Positions 18,148 through 35,249 of a DNA stretch of 64,000 nucleotides are shown one piece after another; position 1 is the stretch's first letter; each line of letters begins with the position of its first letter. A program made the position numbers and the translations under genes. This stretch comes from the human T2T-CHM13v2.0 reference genome, Homo sapiens. The notes under the pieces were generated by a model. The model worked only from the letters and a program-made list of their open reading frames with translations. It searched no databases and was not told the origin of the DNA. Where the stretch lies: assembly GCF_009914755.1 (NCBI RefSeq), contig NC_060927.1, one strand, 5' to 3'.

Positions 18148-18527
18148 TGATATAGTTTAGATGTTTGTCCTCTGCAAACCTCATGTTGAAATGTAATTCC
18201 CAGTGTTGGAGGTGGGGCCTGGTGGGAGATATTTAGGTCATGGGGGTAGATCCCTCATGACTGAGTTGATTCTGTCCTCACCACAGTAAGTGAGTTCTTC
18301 TGATCTAATTGTTTAAAAGTGTGTGGCATCCCTCCCCCTTGCCTCTGCTCTTGCCATATGAGATGCCTGCTCCCCCTTTGCTTTCGCCTTGACTGTAAGT
18401 TTCTTGATGCCCTTACCAGAAGTAGATGCTGAAACCATGCTCTTACAGCCTGTAGAACTGTGAACCAATTAAACCTCTTTTCTTTATAAATTACTCAGCC
18501 TCAGCAATGCAAAAATAGCATAATATA
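18148..18527 (+). mobile_element. MST (MSTA/MSTB-like) solo LTR
   Basis: TGATATAGTTTAGATGTTTGTCC start; ATTAAACCTCTTTTCTTTATAAATTAC near the end; 5-bp TSD GCATC at 18143-18147 and 18528-18532. Confidence 0.88.
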
Positions 18528-19237
18528 GCATCTCCAGGTGTAGGACTGTCTATCTTCTCCCATAGTCAAAGAAACTATCTAGATCTGGGGCAGAAAATTG
18601 GCCTTGGGGTAACGGACATGGCCCAACTACCCCTTCCAAGTTGGGAACAGGATGGGACACATTGGCTTGCTGAAGAGTCTCCCAATTCTAAAGCAGTGGG
18701 CCAAGGGTGAACTTAGAGGCTGAAGTGAAGGGTCAGGAGTTGGAAAGCAGTTTGATGATGAAGAAAGTTTATGGGCAAGTGCCAAAAGCAATCACCTGAA
18801 ACAGTGTGTAGGAGAAGGAAGTCTTTAATGGAGCAGACTTCATCTTGGTCAGGAGTATCCTCTGAAAGGGATAGCTCCTCTGGACAGATAAAGCCTCTTT
18901 GGGACTCACCAGGAAAAGAGTAATGTCTCTTTTTAGATGGGGTACCTGTTATCCATTTGACTTTCCTTCTTTTGCTGATACTTTCTGATACCCTATTGAA
19001 GTGAACAACACTTTAAATAAAAGTGATCACATACAATAATTATAAAATTAATACTAAAAAATAAAGCATTGCTCCTCAAGGTGTGTTCCAAGGGATTCCT
19101 AAGAAATATTATTGAAAAAGTTATCTGTGATTAAATTTATGTTTGGAAAATATTCTGCATCTATTCTTGGTGACTCATTCTGCATATTAGCATAGTGCTG
19201 TAGTCTGAATGGTTGTGTCCTTAGATTTTTATGTAGT

Positions 19238-21102
<1,865 letters not shown>

Positions 21103-21105
<3 letters not shown>

Positions 21106-21930
21106 ATGGGCAAACGACATTAACAGATGGCTATCTTCTCAAAAGCAGATACACATGTGGCCAAAAAGCATATGAAAAAATGTCCAACATCACTATTCAT
21201 TAGAGAAATGCAAATCAACACCACAATGAGATACCATCTCACACCAGTCAGATTGGTGATTACTTAAGTCAAGAAATAACAGAGGCTGATGAGGTTGCAA
21301 AGGAAAGGGAATGCTTATACACTGCTGTAGAAATGTAAATTAGTTCAGCCACTGTGGACAGCAGTTTGGAGATTTCTCAAAGAACTTAGAACTACCATTC
21401 AAGCCAGCAATGCTGTTATATATACCCAAAGGAATATAAATCGTTCTACCATTTATACATACATATGCATGCATATGTCCATTGCAGCACCATTCACAAT
21501 GGCAAAGACGTGGAATCAAGCTAAATGCCCATCAGCAGTGGAATGCATAAAGAAAATGTAGTATATTATACACCATGGAATACTACACAGCCATAAAAAA
21601 GAACACAATCATGTCCTTTGCAGCAACATGGATGGAGCTGGAGGCCATTATCCTAAGCAAATTAATGTAGGAACAGAAAGCTAAGTACCACATGTTCTCA
21701 TTTATAAGTGGGAGCTAAACATTGAGTACACATGGACACAAAGAAGGGAACAATAGACACTGGGGCCTACTTGAGGATAGAGGGTAGGAGGAAGGAGAAG
21801 ATCAAAAAACTACCTATTGGGTACTATGCTTATTACCTGGGTGATGAAATAGTTTGCACACCAAACCCTGTGACACACAATTAACCCATATAACAAACCT
21901 GTATATGTAACTTAAAAGTTGGAAAGAAAA
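21103..21930 (+). mobile_element. Second L1 3' end (L1PA15/16-like)
   Basis: Repeats the ORF2 C-terminus and ends in a different 3' UTR (ACTACCTATTGGGTACTATGCTTATTACCTGGGTGATG). Confidence 0.85.
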
Positions 21931-22033
21931 AATTCATGGGTTGGAATCTTACCCCAAGATGATGGTATTCGGAGATGGGGCCTTTGTGGGGAGATTATGT
22001 CATAGGGCTCCACCTTCATAAATGGTATTAGTG

Positions 22034-23138
<1,105 letters not shown>

Positions 23139-23962
23139 AATGCATTTATTAAAGAATTCCCAGAGAGAGCCCTTGCCGTGTGAGGTTACAGTGGGAAAAA
23201 GACCATCTGTGAACCAGGAAGCAGGCCCTCACCAGACACCGGACCTGCCGGCACCTTGATCTTGGACTTCTCAGTCTCTGGAACTGTGAGAAATTTCTGT
23301 TGTTTATAAACCATCCAATCTATGCTATTTTTGTTACAGCCGCCCGGATGGACTAAGGTGCATAATAAAATCTCTTAGAAGCATTACAGGAAAAAAAAAC
23401 CCAAAACTATTATTTCCAGTCTTAGTTTACTGTGAAACCATTTTTGGAATGCGATGGGGAGCTTACTGTAGAACACACTTTGACCACACTAAAATATGGG
23501 TTTAAAATGTTAGTAAAGCATTTGCTATGGCAAAGAAACTGCTAAAACAAAACAAACAAACAAACAAAAAAATGGGATGAAGTTCTTTTATCCGAAGCAA
23601 AAGGAAATTGAGAAGCTTGAGCTAGGATTCCTCAAAAGGTTTAAATGAAAAAACATCTATAAAACATGTTGCATAGAGCCTTTCGCATAGTTGATGCTGA
23701 ATCTCTTGTTGCTCCTGTTGCTGTTGCTTTGTTGTTTAATGGGAAAGGAGACAAAAAAGAGCTATTTTTGCCAGCTGTGTGAAAGACAGGTTGCTGTCAG
23801 TGGGGTAGACATCAGCTAATTTATTCCTCAACTAAGGAACCACTATAATTTTGGAGCAGTCATGGTTTCTTCTTGCTTTCAGGTTTTCATATGTTGGTAA
23901 TTATCAGTACAAATTCAAACTTTCACCTGTGGTTTTCACCATTCTGTGTTCCTAGCTCTGTC

Positions 23963-24495
23963 TATATACATATATATACATATATATATACACACATGTA
24001 TATATATACATGTATATATACATATATACATACACACATGTATATATACATATATACATATATACACATATATACATGTATATATACATATATACATATA
24101 TACACATATATACATGTATATATACATATATACATATATACACATATATACATGTATATATACATACATACATATATACACATATATACATATATACACA
24201 TATATACATATACATGTATATATACATATACATGTATATATACATATACGTATATATACACACATATATACACATATATACACGCATATATACACATATA
24301 TACACGCATATATACACATATATACACGCATATATACACATATATACATGCATATATACACATATATACATGCATATATACACATATACATGCATATATA
24401 CACATATATACACATATACATGTATATATACATATGTACGTATATATGTATATATATGTACATATGTGTATATATGTATATGTGCATGTGTGTAT
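23963..24495. repeat. (TA/CA/TG) alternating purine-pyrimidine micro/minisatellite
   Basis: About 530 bp of TATACA-type units with longer recurring subunits. Confidence 0.97.
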
Positions 24496-25611
24496 TTAGG
24501 TGTGCAAATAAAAATAGAATTTATTCTAAAGAATTCCTTAAGTAAATGGCAGGCACTTACCCTTTGTAATTTGCAGAGAAAAATATTTGGGATAGCTAAA
24601 GGCTCATTCAAATGGGCTTTAAAAGGATTACAAAACATCTGAAATCCAGCTAGCAAATTTTTGAATTAGGTAGTATGGTAAACTCAAATGCCTAGGAGGT
24701 ATCTAGAATAAATGAGTAAAACAGACTGGTGGGGGGAACTATACTAAACCAAAAAAATGCATGCTCATTAAAGATAGCAGCTGCTCCAGGAGACTGGTTT
24801 TGTGGGAAGAATGTGGGTCCATTGTTTTTGAATTACTTGACTTTTAGAAAGGTGGGGAATCTAGATTCTTACGTAAAATCTCTCCAAGTTTAAATATTTG
24901 TGCTTATAAAAAACAACACTCTGCAAGACAGATAAAACATGTTCAAAGACCAGTTTGTGACTTCTGAATTAGGCAAATATTAGACTGCACGTATTGTAAC
25001 CTAGGCAAATCTTCATACCAACTCAGCTCTAAGTTCTTTTTATCACAGAACCCTTTACAAAGGAACTAGTGTAGTATGCTCTTAGCCAGTCTTATAACTA
25101 AGGTGATTTTTGTGAATCTCGTAACTATCCACTTAAAATTAACTTGAGATCACAGTGCTATTATTTGATGATCTAAAAAAAAATCACTTTACATTTCCTA
25201 ATGGTATTACCAGTAGGCATGAAACTTCCAATGCAAAGATATAGGACTTGAGTTAGAAAATATTTAGTGAAACACTGATAGTAGAAAAACTGGCCAAAAG
25301 TGAAGTAAGTTTCCTAATTGTTTGCTAGAGTATTTGGCTTATTATATTTTTGCGTGATTTGATCACTTACAGTTGAAGAGAATTTTCCTCAGAGTATGGC
25401 AGGCAGTAATTTGAATTTTGAATAAATACTATACAGTTTTTTTGTGTTTTTATTTTTTAATGGTGAAGTGAAGAGCATACAATATCTTGTTGAATGATTC
25501 GGCATTTATAAATGTATAATTGGGCATTATTAACGAAACTCTTTGAATGATCTTTGTTTTGGAAGTAGCCATAATAATTCACACCTTTTTTTGGTTATTT
25601 TTAATTTTTTT

Positions 25612-25753
25612 GAATTATTAAAATTTTTTAAAGAGATGGGATCTTGCTGTGTTGCCCAGCCTGGTCTTAAACTCCTGACCTAAAGTGATTGTCCCACTGC
25701 AGCCTCGCCAACCCCAGTAGCTGGGATTATACGTATGATCCACTGTGCCTAGC
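25612..25753 (-). mobile_element. FLAM / Alu left monomer
   Basis: GAGATGGGATCTTGCTGTGTTGCCCAG..CCACTGTGCCTAGC, single arm. Confidence 0.75.
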
Positions 25754-26266
25754 TTGATTATTACATATTTTGAGAAGAAAATAAAAGTCTTTCTAACAAA
25801 TTTTCTTTTCTTCCCTTCATTACTGCAGACAACGTCATTCTTTTTTTTTTTCCTTCCTTCTCTTCTTGTCTGCTTTCAGCAGTACTTGTGATGCAAGCAT
25901 ATTCTCTAATTGGAAAGTTCTTCATACTTTCCAGGACACGCAAAGAAGCAGCTGGGTACTTGCCTCTCTTTGTTGCCTCCTTTACCATATTTATCACAAT
26001 ATAACTGTCTTATTGTTTTACACTCTTCATACCTAACCATGAGCCACTTGAGAACAGGTGCCATTCCTTTTTTTCTAAGTGCTTAATTATGCCAGTTATG
26101 GTATCATGTACGTAGTGGGCTTGTAATTCATATTTTTGAGTGAATGATTTTTAGTTTTCCTTTTTCTCTCTAATGCAATTACAATTTTATCAGAAGATGA
26201 AAATAATAATCCAGAGGTGTTGCATATTCTCTTTTCCTCGTACTGAACCAGTTGCTTCACATCTAA

Positions 26267-26607
<341 letters not shown>

Positions 26608-27499
26608 AATGATTCTTTTCTTATAGTTCTCTGCCTTATTTCCGGAAGCTCACATATAATTTTCTTGAATGTTTTCAAAGAAAAACAGACCAGGGTTTAA
26701 AACAACAAATGTAATCTAGTGATATTTTGGGGTGCATTAATAAATGGGTTTTGTATTATTTCAAGTGCACTCACTCTTTTCATAGTTTCAAACATGAATT
26801 TTTTTATTGATTTGCTGACCTATTTCCTATTCTTTAAAAAAAAATCTTGTTTTCACTGTGCACATTATGGAATACTTGGAAAACAGAAATAGATGAAGAT
26901 TACCCTTAATATCACTTCATAAAATAACTTATATTAATTTTTAGGAATCAGTCTCTTCTTTTAAAATGGGTTCATTATATTGCCCAGTGAATGTCAGAAA
27001 TTATTTTTTAAAGTATATTTCAGTGAGAAAAATATTTAAAAGCTGAGTTTCACAATCAAAATATGTTATGTTTTCTGTAATAATTTTAATAAAATTTTAA
27101 ATCTTTTATAGACATTTTATTATTCAGGGTATTTAGCTGAGGGACAAACATATATCTAAAGATCACTGAAGACATCCTGGACATCATGTAAGACTACTAA
27201 AATTTGATTTCTAGAAATTGTTATACATTTCATAACCACCAACAGTAAAGAAAGGAGGCAAGGCCAGCTCCTTAAATGGAGTAGCTATGTGTTCCTATAT
27301 TTGGAGAACAACTTTTTTCCTTCACTTAAGGTGAGTTCCTGGTAGAAATCAACTTTCACTAATAGCATTCCTCAGAATACAAATCATGTTTCCTGTTAAC
27401 CTACTGAATACTATCTAGCTTATATTATAAAAGCTTTCATAGCGAAATGCTTGATTTATTTTTATAATATATATAGTTTTAAGAACATTTAATTATACA

Positions 27500-27950
27500 G
27501 TTTAATATCCTGATTTTAAAAAAAGCACCATAATGTAAGCATTTTTCTGTTATTTTATACCTACTATAAACATTATTTTTAATGACAAATATTACATTGA
27601 GTAAATAATTTTCTTACTGAACCATTTGTATTACTCTGAGTTTTTTTGCTACTGCAAATTATTGCAGTGATTAGCTTTCTTCAAAACCAAAGCAAACAAA
27701 AATGTTTTCTATATTTAGATCTATTTCTTTAGGCTAGATTCCCAGGAGTAGAATTCCTGGGTTAAAGAATTTGAGCATTTTTATGCTTCAAATAGTCTAT
27801 AAAAATGAATATTCCCACAAATGATGTTAGAAAATGCCTTTCCATTGTAATTTGACAATATTGGTTATACTCACTTTTGATATATCTTTGTTAATTTGTT
27901 AGATTAAAATATAGTTTTAATTTCCATTTCTCTGACTTTTAGTGATTTTT
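27500..27950 (-). mobile_element. Old L1ME-like fragment
   Basis: AGATTCCCAGGAGTAGAATTCCTGGGTTAAAG resembles the antisense L1M ORF2 end. Confidence 0.5.
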
Positions 27951-28119
27951 TGTTTTTTACTTAGAATAATTATTTCCCTTAATTCCATATTTTTTTCATT
28001 TGCTTATTTAACTGTATACTTCCCATTTTTAAGGATCGGTAGAAGCATCCAGTCTTCAAACCAACCTCTTATAAGTTAATTTTAAGGTTGTTATATGATA
28101 GATCCTGGGCCATACACTA

Positions 28120-28665
28120 TTAGTTACGACTCTTGGTTGTGACTAAAATTTAGCTTGAACTAGCTTAGGCAAAAAGTGTTTAATGGATGATAGGTTTCAA
28201 GGAAAAAATGAACTCTGGGAAGGGCCTGTGTAGCTAGACCTTAGGAATAACCTTAACAAAGGACATTACTACCCTTAAGATTTTCCTTTTGTATTTCATC
28301 TCTGCTTCTCTAGAGGGTCAACTTTATTCTCTTAAACTGCAAATCAACTTTCTCATAGCAGGAAAAGTGGTTGTCCACAGTTCATAAGTTTTACTTCTTA
28401 CATCTACTGCTACCTGAAAGGGATTGCCTATTGTTTTCTCTAGTCCCAAGGAAAGAATCCTACAGAAGAGCTCTGATTGACTCAGTGTTGGGGAGATGTT
28501 TTATCCACTTAGCCAGCTGGGTTGGGTCATAGAACATGGAAACTTCTGTGGCAGTCTTATGATTGGTTGAAGCTAGAAGAGGGAGTGGAAAGAAACAGTT
28601 CCTTGAATAAAGGGTTAATTCCCCACAGAAAGGTAATTATATTGGGTGGCCAAACAGTGGTTACC
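28120..28665. mobile_element. Old MaLR/ERVL-like LTR remnant
   Basis: TTAGTTACGACTCTTGGTTGTGAC..AACTAGCTTAGGCAAAAAG and CTCTGATTGACTCAG resemble old MLT1 LTRs; highly diverged. Confidence 0.35.
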
Positions 28666-29061
28666 CACTGCATGAGAAAGACTATCCAGGGATTTTATAT
28701 GCTTTTCTATCCTTTAGAATTAATCAATAGAAGAATATTTACCAACGCCTACTGGGCATTGTTACCAGAGCTGGGAGAGAGCAATAAGGGCAGTAAGAAA
28801 CATTCTTGCACTAAAGAATAAATAATGTGATTTTATTAAGGATACTTTAAAATGATGGTAGCAGTATTTAAGACAATGTTTTATATAAACAACATGATTT
28901 TATTAAGAACACTTTAATATAATGGAGATTTTAGTTTTTCTAAAAGCTATCTTATATCCCCTTATCCTCAAGAAAAATACACTAAACCCTTTTGCCTCCT
29001 TTTTGTGAAATTATATATAAGCTCTATAATACAGAATCATGTTTTTTTTTTTTTACTTTTT

Positions 29062-29420
29062 AAAATATTTTTATTTTTTTATTTTTAGAGACAGGGTCTC
29101 ACACTGTGTCACTCATATTTATTCCCAGGCTGGAGTGCGATGGCATGATCATAGCTCACTGCAGCCTTGAACGCTCGGGCTCAAGCAATACTGCTGTCTC
29201 AACCTCTGGAGTAACTGGACTGCAGACACGCCACACTACACCCAGCTAGATATATATATGACAGGATCTATCATATAGCAAATATATATATATATATATA
29301 TTTGGAGAGACAGGGTCTCGCTATGTTGCCCAGGCTGGTCCCAAACTCCTGGCCTTAAGCACACCTCTTCCTTGTCCTCCCAAAGTGCTACGATTATAGG
29401 CATGAGCCACTGTGCCCAAC
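29062..29420 (-). mobile_element. AluJ with (TA)n in the linker
   Basis: GACAGGGTCTC, ATCATAGCTCACTGCAGCC; TA repeat about 29250-29301. Confidence 0.85.
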
Positions 29421-30929
29421 CTATGTATGTGTGTGTGTATTTATTTTTTTTTATTAAGTCAGGGTTAAGATTTTTAACTTCTGTTTCTGCACCAGGAAAA
29501 CTTAAGAGTACCATATTCAGTCAAAGGAAGATCTATTATTTTAATAGACTATCTAAATATTAAAGAAACAGGAAAATAAATGAAGAATCAAAGACCAAAT
29601 AGAGCTCAAATTCGATTTAATTAAATGAGGTTAATTTAAAAACCTACATTGAGTCAGTCCAGTGCGGGTACTTTTTTCCTGCCTTTTTGGGAGAGGTGGG
29701 GAGAGAGAGATAGAGGGGTGAGGGAATAAATATGAATGTATGGTATCAAAGTCAAGCCAATATTTTTAGAAGATAATGTTGGAATATTGAACTCCCTTAC
29801 CTGTTAGCAAAGGTAAATATTTCTGATCCTTAACTCAATAGGGCAAGCACCCTTAAGAAGGAGTCAAGCTATAAAGGAGTAAATTTATTATCAATGTACA
29901 GATTGTACTAAAAGTACATTGATATTATACAGGATAATGACTCTTCAGTATAAAATTAAGACTATCCTAACAGTAAGGGTATATTTGAGTAACTAAATTA
30001 GAATTCATAGGAAGATATAAATGGGTGTCATGTTAATTTTCTAAATAAAAGCAGTATAATACCACTGAAGAGGAAATTAAGTAATTGTATTCCCAAATAA
30101 TTTGGTTTTAAATATTGCTACTGTTCTATACACTTGTGTGTTAGTGACATTTCTGGTCTTGTGCATTCTCTTTTTGACATTTTTGAAGTTTCCATAGCTC
30201 CTGAGAATGGGTACAGTGATTTAGTTTCTGCCTGAAGGGTTTCACAAAGTGCTTATGAGTTCTCTGCAAAATAAGAGTTGTTTCTGGTTGTATTAAATAC
30301 TAAATGATTTATCTATCAATAATAGTTGGATCCCCCCATTCCCTGCTTCCTTAAAAGGTAGTTTAATTTTCTGAATGAATTTAGGTAGTGGTTAATTTCA
30401 AAGGAGCAGGTATAGAAGCCACTTCTCATAATTGGCAGTCGTATGTCAATTTCTGAACTCTGTTTCCCAAGACCTCCTGAAGTACTACCTTGTTTTGATT
30501 GATTTCTTTGTTGCAGTTCTAATTTTCCCCTTGATATTTGGATACCTTTGCCTGTCCGACCTTAGTAGGATGTAATCCTGAAAATCCCCCACTTCAGTGA
30601 ATTTTCAGACCCGGAACTTCCACCTGTCATCTTTGATTGCTGCAAAATCAGTTTGAGGGAAAGACTGCAAATAAATTAATCTTTAGAACCAGGAGCTTGA
30701 CAAAAAAGAGTGCAGATTACAGGTGGTAAAATCCTCGATGATGTGGCCGCTTTCTTGTGTTTTCTAAAGTGTTTCATTATAGAGTGGAGGGAAGTTAAAA
30801 GGGAGTTTTAAAAGTATTTCCTTTTAGAATATTTTCATTATGTGTAATATTAATCGATAATCCACATGAAAATAATTAAGAAGGGACTATAATATCATTC
30901 TCTAATTTGTTTTACAACTCAGTGATTCT

Positions 30930-31080
30930 CACATTATCCATTTTAATTATGTTAACTAAGAAAAACTGAGAAATACTGAAGGATAATAAATGTACTTGTT
31001 CTCATGGTTGCATTGGCAAGAGGATTATAATGCAAGTCATCTAACTCCCAGTGCAGGACTCTCTCCACTAGAACATGCTG
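30930..31080 (-). mobile_element. MIR fragment
   Basis: ATTATCCATTTT..AAACTGAG..TCTAACTCCCAGTGCAGGACTCT. Confidence 0.5.
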
Positions 31081-31709
31081 TTAGTACCCACTATTTTCAG
31101 GAACGCCCTCTGAGTAGACAACATTATGTCCTTACATCAACATAGTGTTCACATTCTGTGCCGAATTGTGACTGTTAGAGAAAACTGTGTGCTAGCACAG
31201 TACATACTGTATTGTAGTATTTCATGAATTATTTCATAAAGTTGATGTGTACGGTAAAAGTAAACATTTGTGCTTTTCCAGTAATGTCATTTTTAACCAT
31301 ATCATTTTGATATGAAAGAAGAAAAGTAGACTAGTATAGCCAAGTCAGAGTGAACTAATGTGACCACACATCTCAGAGAGTTTAGTTAGATGGCTTGAGA
31401 AGCTATTTGTATGTAACATTCATTTGGATAAATATATACTAAAGAAGTGACCTTGGAAAGTGTTTCAATGTGCATGTTTTTTAAAAGTATAAAAAGAAAA
31501 ACGTTTTATAAAAATGGACTGAGAATTCTTTTCTGAGTGAATGTTAATAGCTGGAATGGGCTTCTATTAAGGAATGTTTAATACATATGTTTAATCTTAT
31601 AATTTAGCAGTGTACTATATAAACTTAAATATCTACTATTTCTACATTTTTTCCATTTATAAACCTGAGATATTTTTACAGACATGTAATGAGACTGTCT
31701 GGGCTTTTT

Positions 31710-33390
31710 AAAACAATTTTTTTAGATTTTTAAGTAACACATAGATACATCTTCATTGTAAATAATCTAAATAATGTAGGAAAGAAAACTAAAGTTCCCA
31801 TGACCAGTCTTCTCAATCCTGATTCTCTCTGTAGAGATCACCCTGCTTTAACATTGATGAAGATCATTTCTATTCTTTTTCTAAAGTTTTAAAGACATAT
31901 ATGTACATATAGAACTATCGTGAATATATATGGTTTCATGTCATATTTGTTCATCTGTGAATTACAGCTTGCATTTTTCCCCATTGATAAATCTTGGCAT
32001 TCTTTCCATGCTAGGACATACAAGTCTACTTTATTATATTTTTATTTTTTGTATACTATTCCATAGGACCATAGGTTATTTAACTGTTCCTCTAATACTG
32101 ACCATTATTGGCATATACTGACCATGAAGACTGTTTCCTTTTTTGCTATTAAAATAATATTTCATAACTTCCAAAATTTAAAACGTACCCATTCTTTTAT
32201 ACCACAATTTGTACCAGAGATATATTTGACACTTATAGATTACTCATTGTACGTGCCCAAGTCATTCTTTTCAAAAAATAAGTTTAGATTTATATAAAGT
32301 TCCAAAAATAGTACAGATAGTTTTCAGATACACAACTTCCCACAATGTTAGCACTTTGCATAACTAGGGTACAATTATAAAAACTAAGGAATTAACATTG
32401 TTATAATACTGTTAACTAATCTACAGAATTTATTTTGGTTTTATCATATTTTTTCAATAATATCTTTTTTTTTCCAGTCCAGTATTCAACCTGGAATTCC
32501 ACATTGCAGTTAGAGTTCATATCTTCTTATTAGACTTCTTTGACCTGTGACAGTTCCTCAGTCTTTCTTTGTCTTTCATGGTCTCGAGGCTTTTAAATAC
32601 TGGTCATTTATTTTGTAGAATATCCCTCAATTTGGGTTTGTCTGATGTTTACTAATTATTGTGATGAGATTATTCATTTTTGGCAAGAATACCACAAAAA
32701 TGATGTGCCCTTCTCAGTGCATCATATCAGGGTGTGTGTCATGATGTCAGTATCTTATTACTGGTGAAGTTAACCTTAATCACGTGGCTAAACTGGTATT
32801 TGCTAGGTTCCTTCACTGTATAGTTATTATTTTTCCCTTCGTAATTAATAAATATCTTGTGGTAGATATTTTGAGACTCTCCGAATATTCAGTTTCTTCT
32901 CAACCTTTTACCTGTTTTTTCAGTATTATCAGTAGAGTTTGCCTGCAGTGGCTATTATTGTACAGTTTTAATGGTGATTTTCTCATTCACTCGTTCCTTC
33001 TACATGTATTAATTGGAAATTTTCTGTGTAATAAAAGAGCTGTCTTTTATTACTCAATTGTTCATTCAGTTATTTATATCAGTGTGGACTCATTCACTTT
33101 AATTTTTTGGGTTATAATCCAATACTATCATTATTTTATTGCTTGATTCTTCTTGTTTTGGACATTAGTAGCTCGCTTAGGTCAACATGTGCCCTTTTAA
33201 CCTGCCTCTGTCCTCTGTTGAGCTCTTCTTTACTTTCTGGCATCACAAAATGTTCTAGGCTTATCTTGAAGTTTTCTTGCCTCAGCACTGGAATCAACCA
33301 GTTTTCTAAAATGCCCTGATTTCTTTAATTGGAGAATGATATTTAGAAACCAGCATCTGGGGATTGGGTATGTTCATTGTTACTTTGCTT
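31710..33390 (-). mobile_element. Old L1ME/L1MC 3' fragments
   Basis: L1MC-like antisense text (TTTTTGGCAAGAATACCACA; GTTAACCTTAATCAC; CTGGAATCAACCAGTTTTCT). Confidence 0.6.
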
Positions 33391-33507
33391 CTGAGCTTTC
33401 ATTTTTTTTTGTCATTTGTACCCTTCTCTTGGGTCATAACACTAAGAATATTCATTATTTGTTCTTTAATAAATGAATTTAAGGCCATGCATTTACATCT
33501 TGGTACT

Positions 33508-33889
33508 TGATATGGTTTGGCTGTGTGTCCCCTCCCAAATCTCATCTTGAATTGTAGCTCCCATAATTCCCACATGTTATGGAAGGGACACAGTGGGAGA
33601 TAATTGAATCATGAATCATGGGGGCAGTTTCCCCCATACTGTTCTTGTGGTAGTGAATAAGTCTCATGAGAGCTGATGGTTTTATAAGGGGAAAACCCCT
33701 TTCACATGGTTCTCATTCTCTCGTTGCCGGCCACCATGTAAGATATCCCTTTGCTCTGCCTTCATCTTCCACTATGATTGTGAGGCCTCCACAGCCATGT
33801 GGATCTGTGAGTCAATTAAACCTCTTTCTTTTGTAAATTACCCAGTCTTGAGTATGTCTTTATCAGCAGAGTGAAAATGGACTAATACA
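33508..33889 (+). mobile_element. THE1 solo LTR
   Basis: TGATATGGTTTGGCTGTG..GGACTAATACA; TSD GTACT at 33503-33507 and 33890-33894. Confidence 0.93.
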
Positions 33890-34001
33890 GTACTTTTATA
33901 TGTAGTGCTTCCATTATCCTTTATTTCTAAATAGCTTGTAATTTCCATTTTTATTTTCTATTTGGCCCAAGGATTATTAGATGTATGTTTAAATTTTCAT
34001 T

Positions 34002-34364
<363 letters not shown>

Positions 34365-35049
34365 TTAATACATCCCATTATGATTAGTAATTTGTTTTCA
34401 TTGGATTTTTTAACAGATTTTTAAAAATATATTTTGGTGCTATGTTATTTTTCTTGGTGCATTGGGCTTTTTATAAAGATGAAAATTTCTTTGTTCCACT
34501 TAATGCTTTTGCTAATTTTTAACACTAACATATATATGTTATCATTTTAAAAAGCATTTTTCTGGACTATACTTTTATAGCTCTTTATTTTCTACCTTCC
34601 TTTGTCAAGTTTTTAAAGATGTGAATCCTAAAAACAATGTTTGGTTAACTCCTTTCTCTTAGTATGCTAAGAGAAATAAGAGAAGTCCTTGCCAAGGTAT
34701 TAAGTGGGGATGAAAAAAGAGGATTCCTTAAAAATCTATTCTTTTCCCAATTAGGCAGAGGTTTTATTGTTATTACTATTTTAGATTCAGGGGGTACGTG
34801 TGCAGGCTTGTTACATGGGTGTATTGCGCGATGCTAGGCTTTGAGGTATGAATAATTCTGTCACCCAGGTAGTGAGCATAGTAACTAATAGTTTGTCAGC
34901 CCATACTGCTCTCCTTCCCTCCTTTCTCTAGCAGTCTCCAGTGGCTATTGTCCCATGCATATTTAGTCTTTAGCTCTCACTTGTAAGTGAGAACATGTGG
35001 TATTTGATTTTCAGTTCCTGTATTAATTTGCTTAGGATAATGGTTTCCA

Positions 35050-35249
35050 TAACAATAGACACTGTGGGAGATAATTGAATCATGGAGGGATTACTAGGGG
35101 TTGGGCTGAAAAACTAACTGTTGGGTACTGTGGTCAGCACCTGAGTAATGGGATCATTTGTACCCAAAACCTCAGCATCACCCATATGTCTAGGTGACAA
35201 ACCTGCACATATATGCCTTGCATCTAAAATAAAAGTTGGGAGGGAAAAT
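35050..35249 (+). mobile_element. Short sense L1 3'-UTR insertion
   Basis: AACAATAGACACTG..CTAAAATAAAAGTTG; TSD GATAATGGTTTCCA (35036-35049) / GATAATGGACTCCA (35250-35263). Confidence 0.85.

Noticed and set aside
23873-24656. Six long overlapping ORFs rich in His/Ile/Tyr/Thr or Cys/Val/Met
   Set aside because: A strictly alternating purine/pyrimidine tract cannot contain TAA, TAG or TGA, so these ORFs are artefacts.
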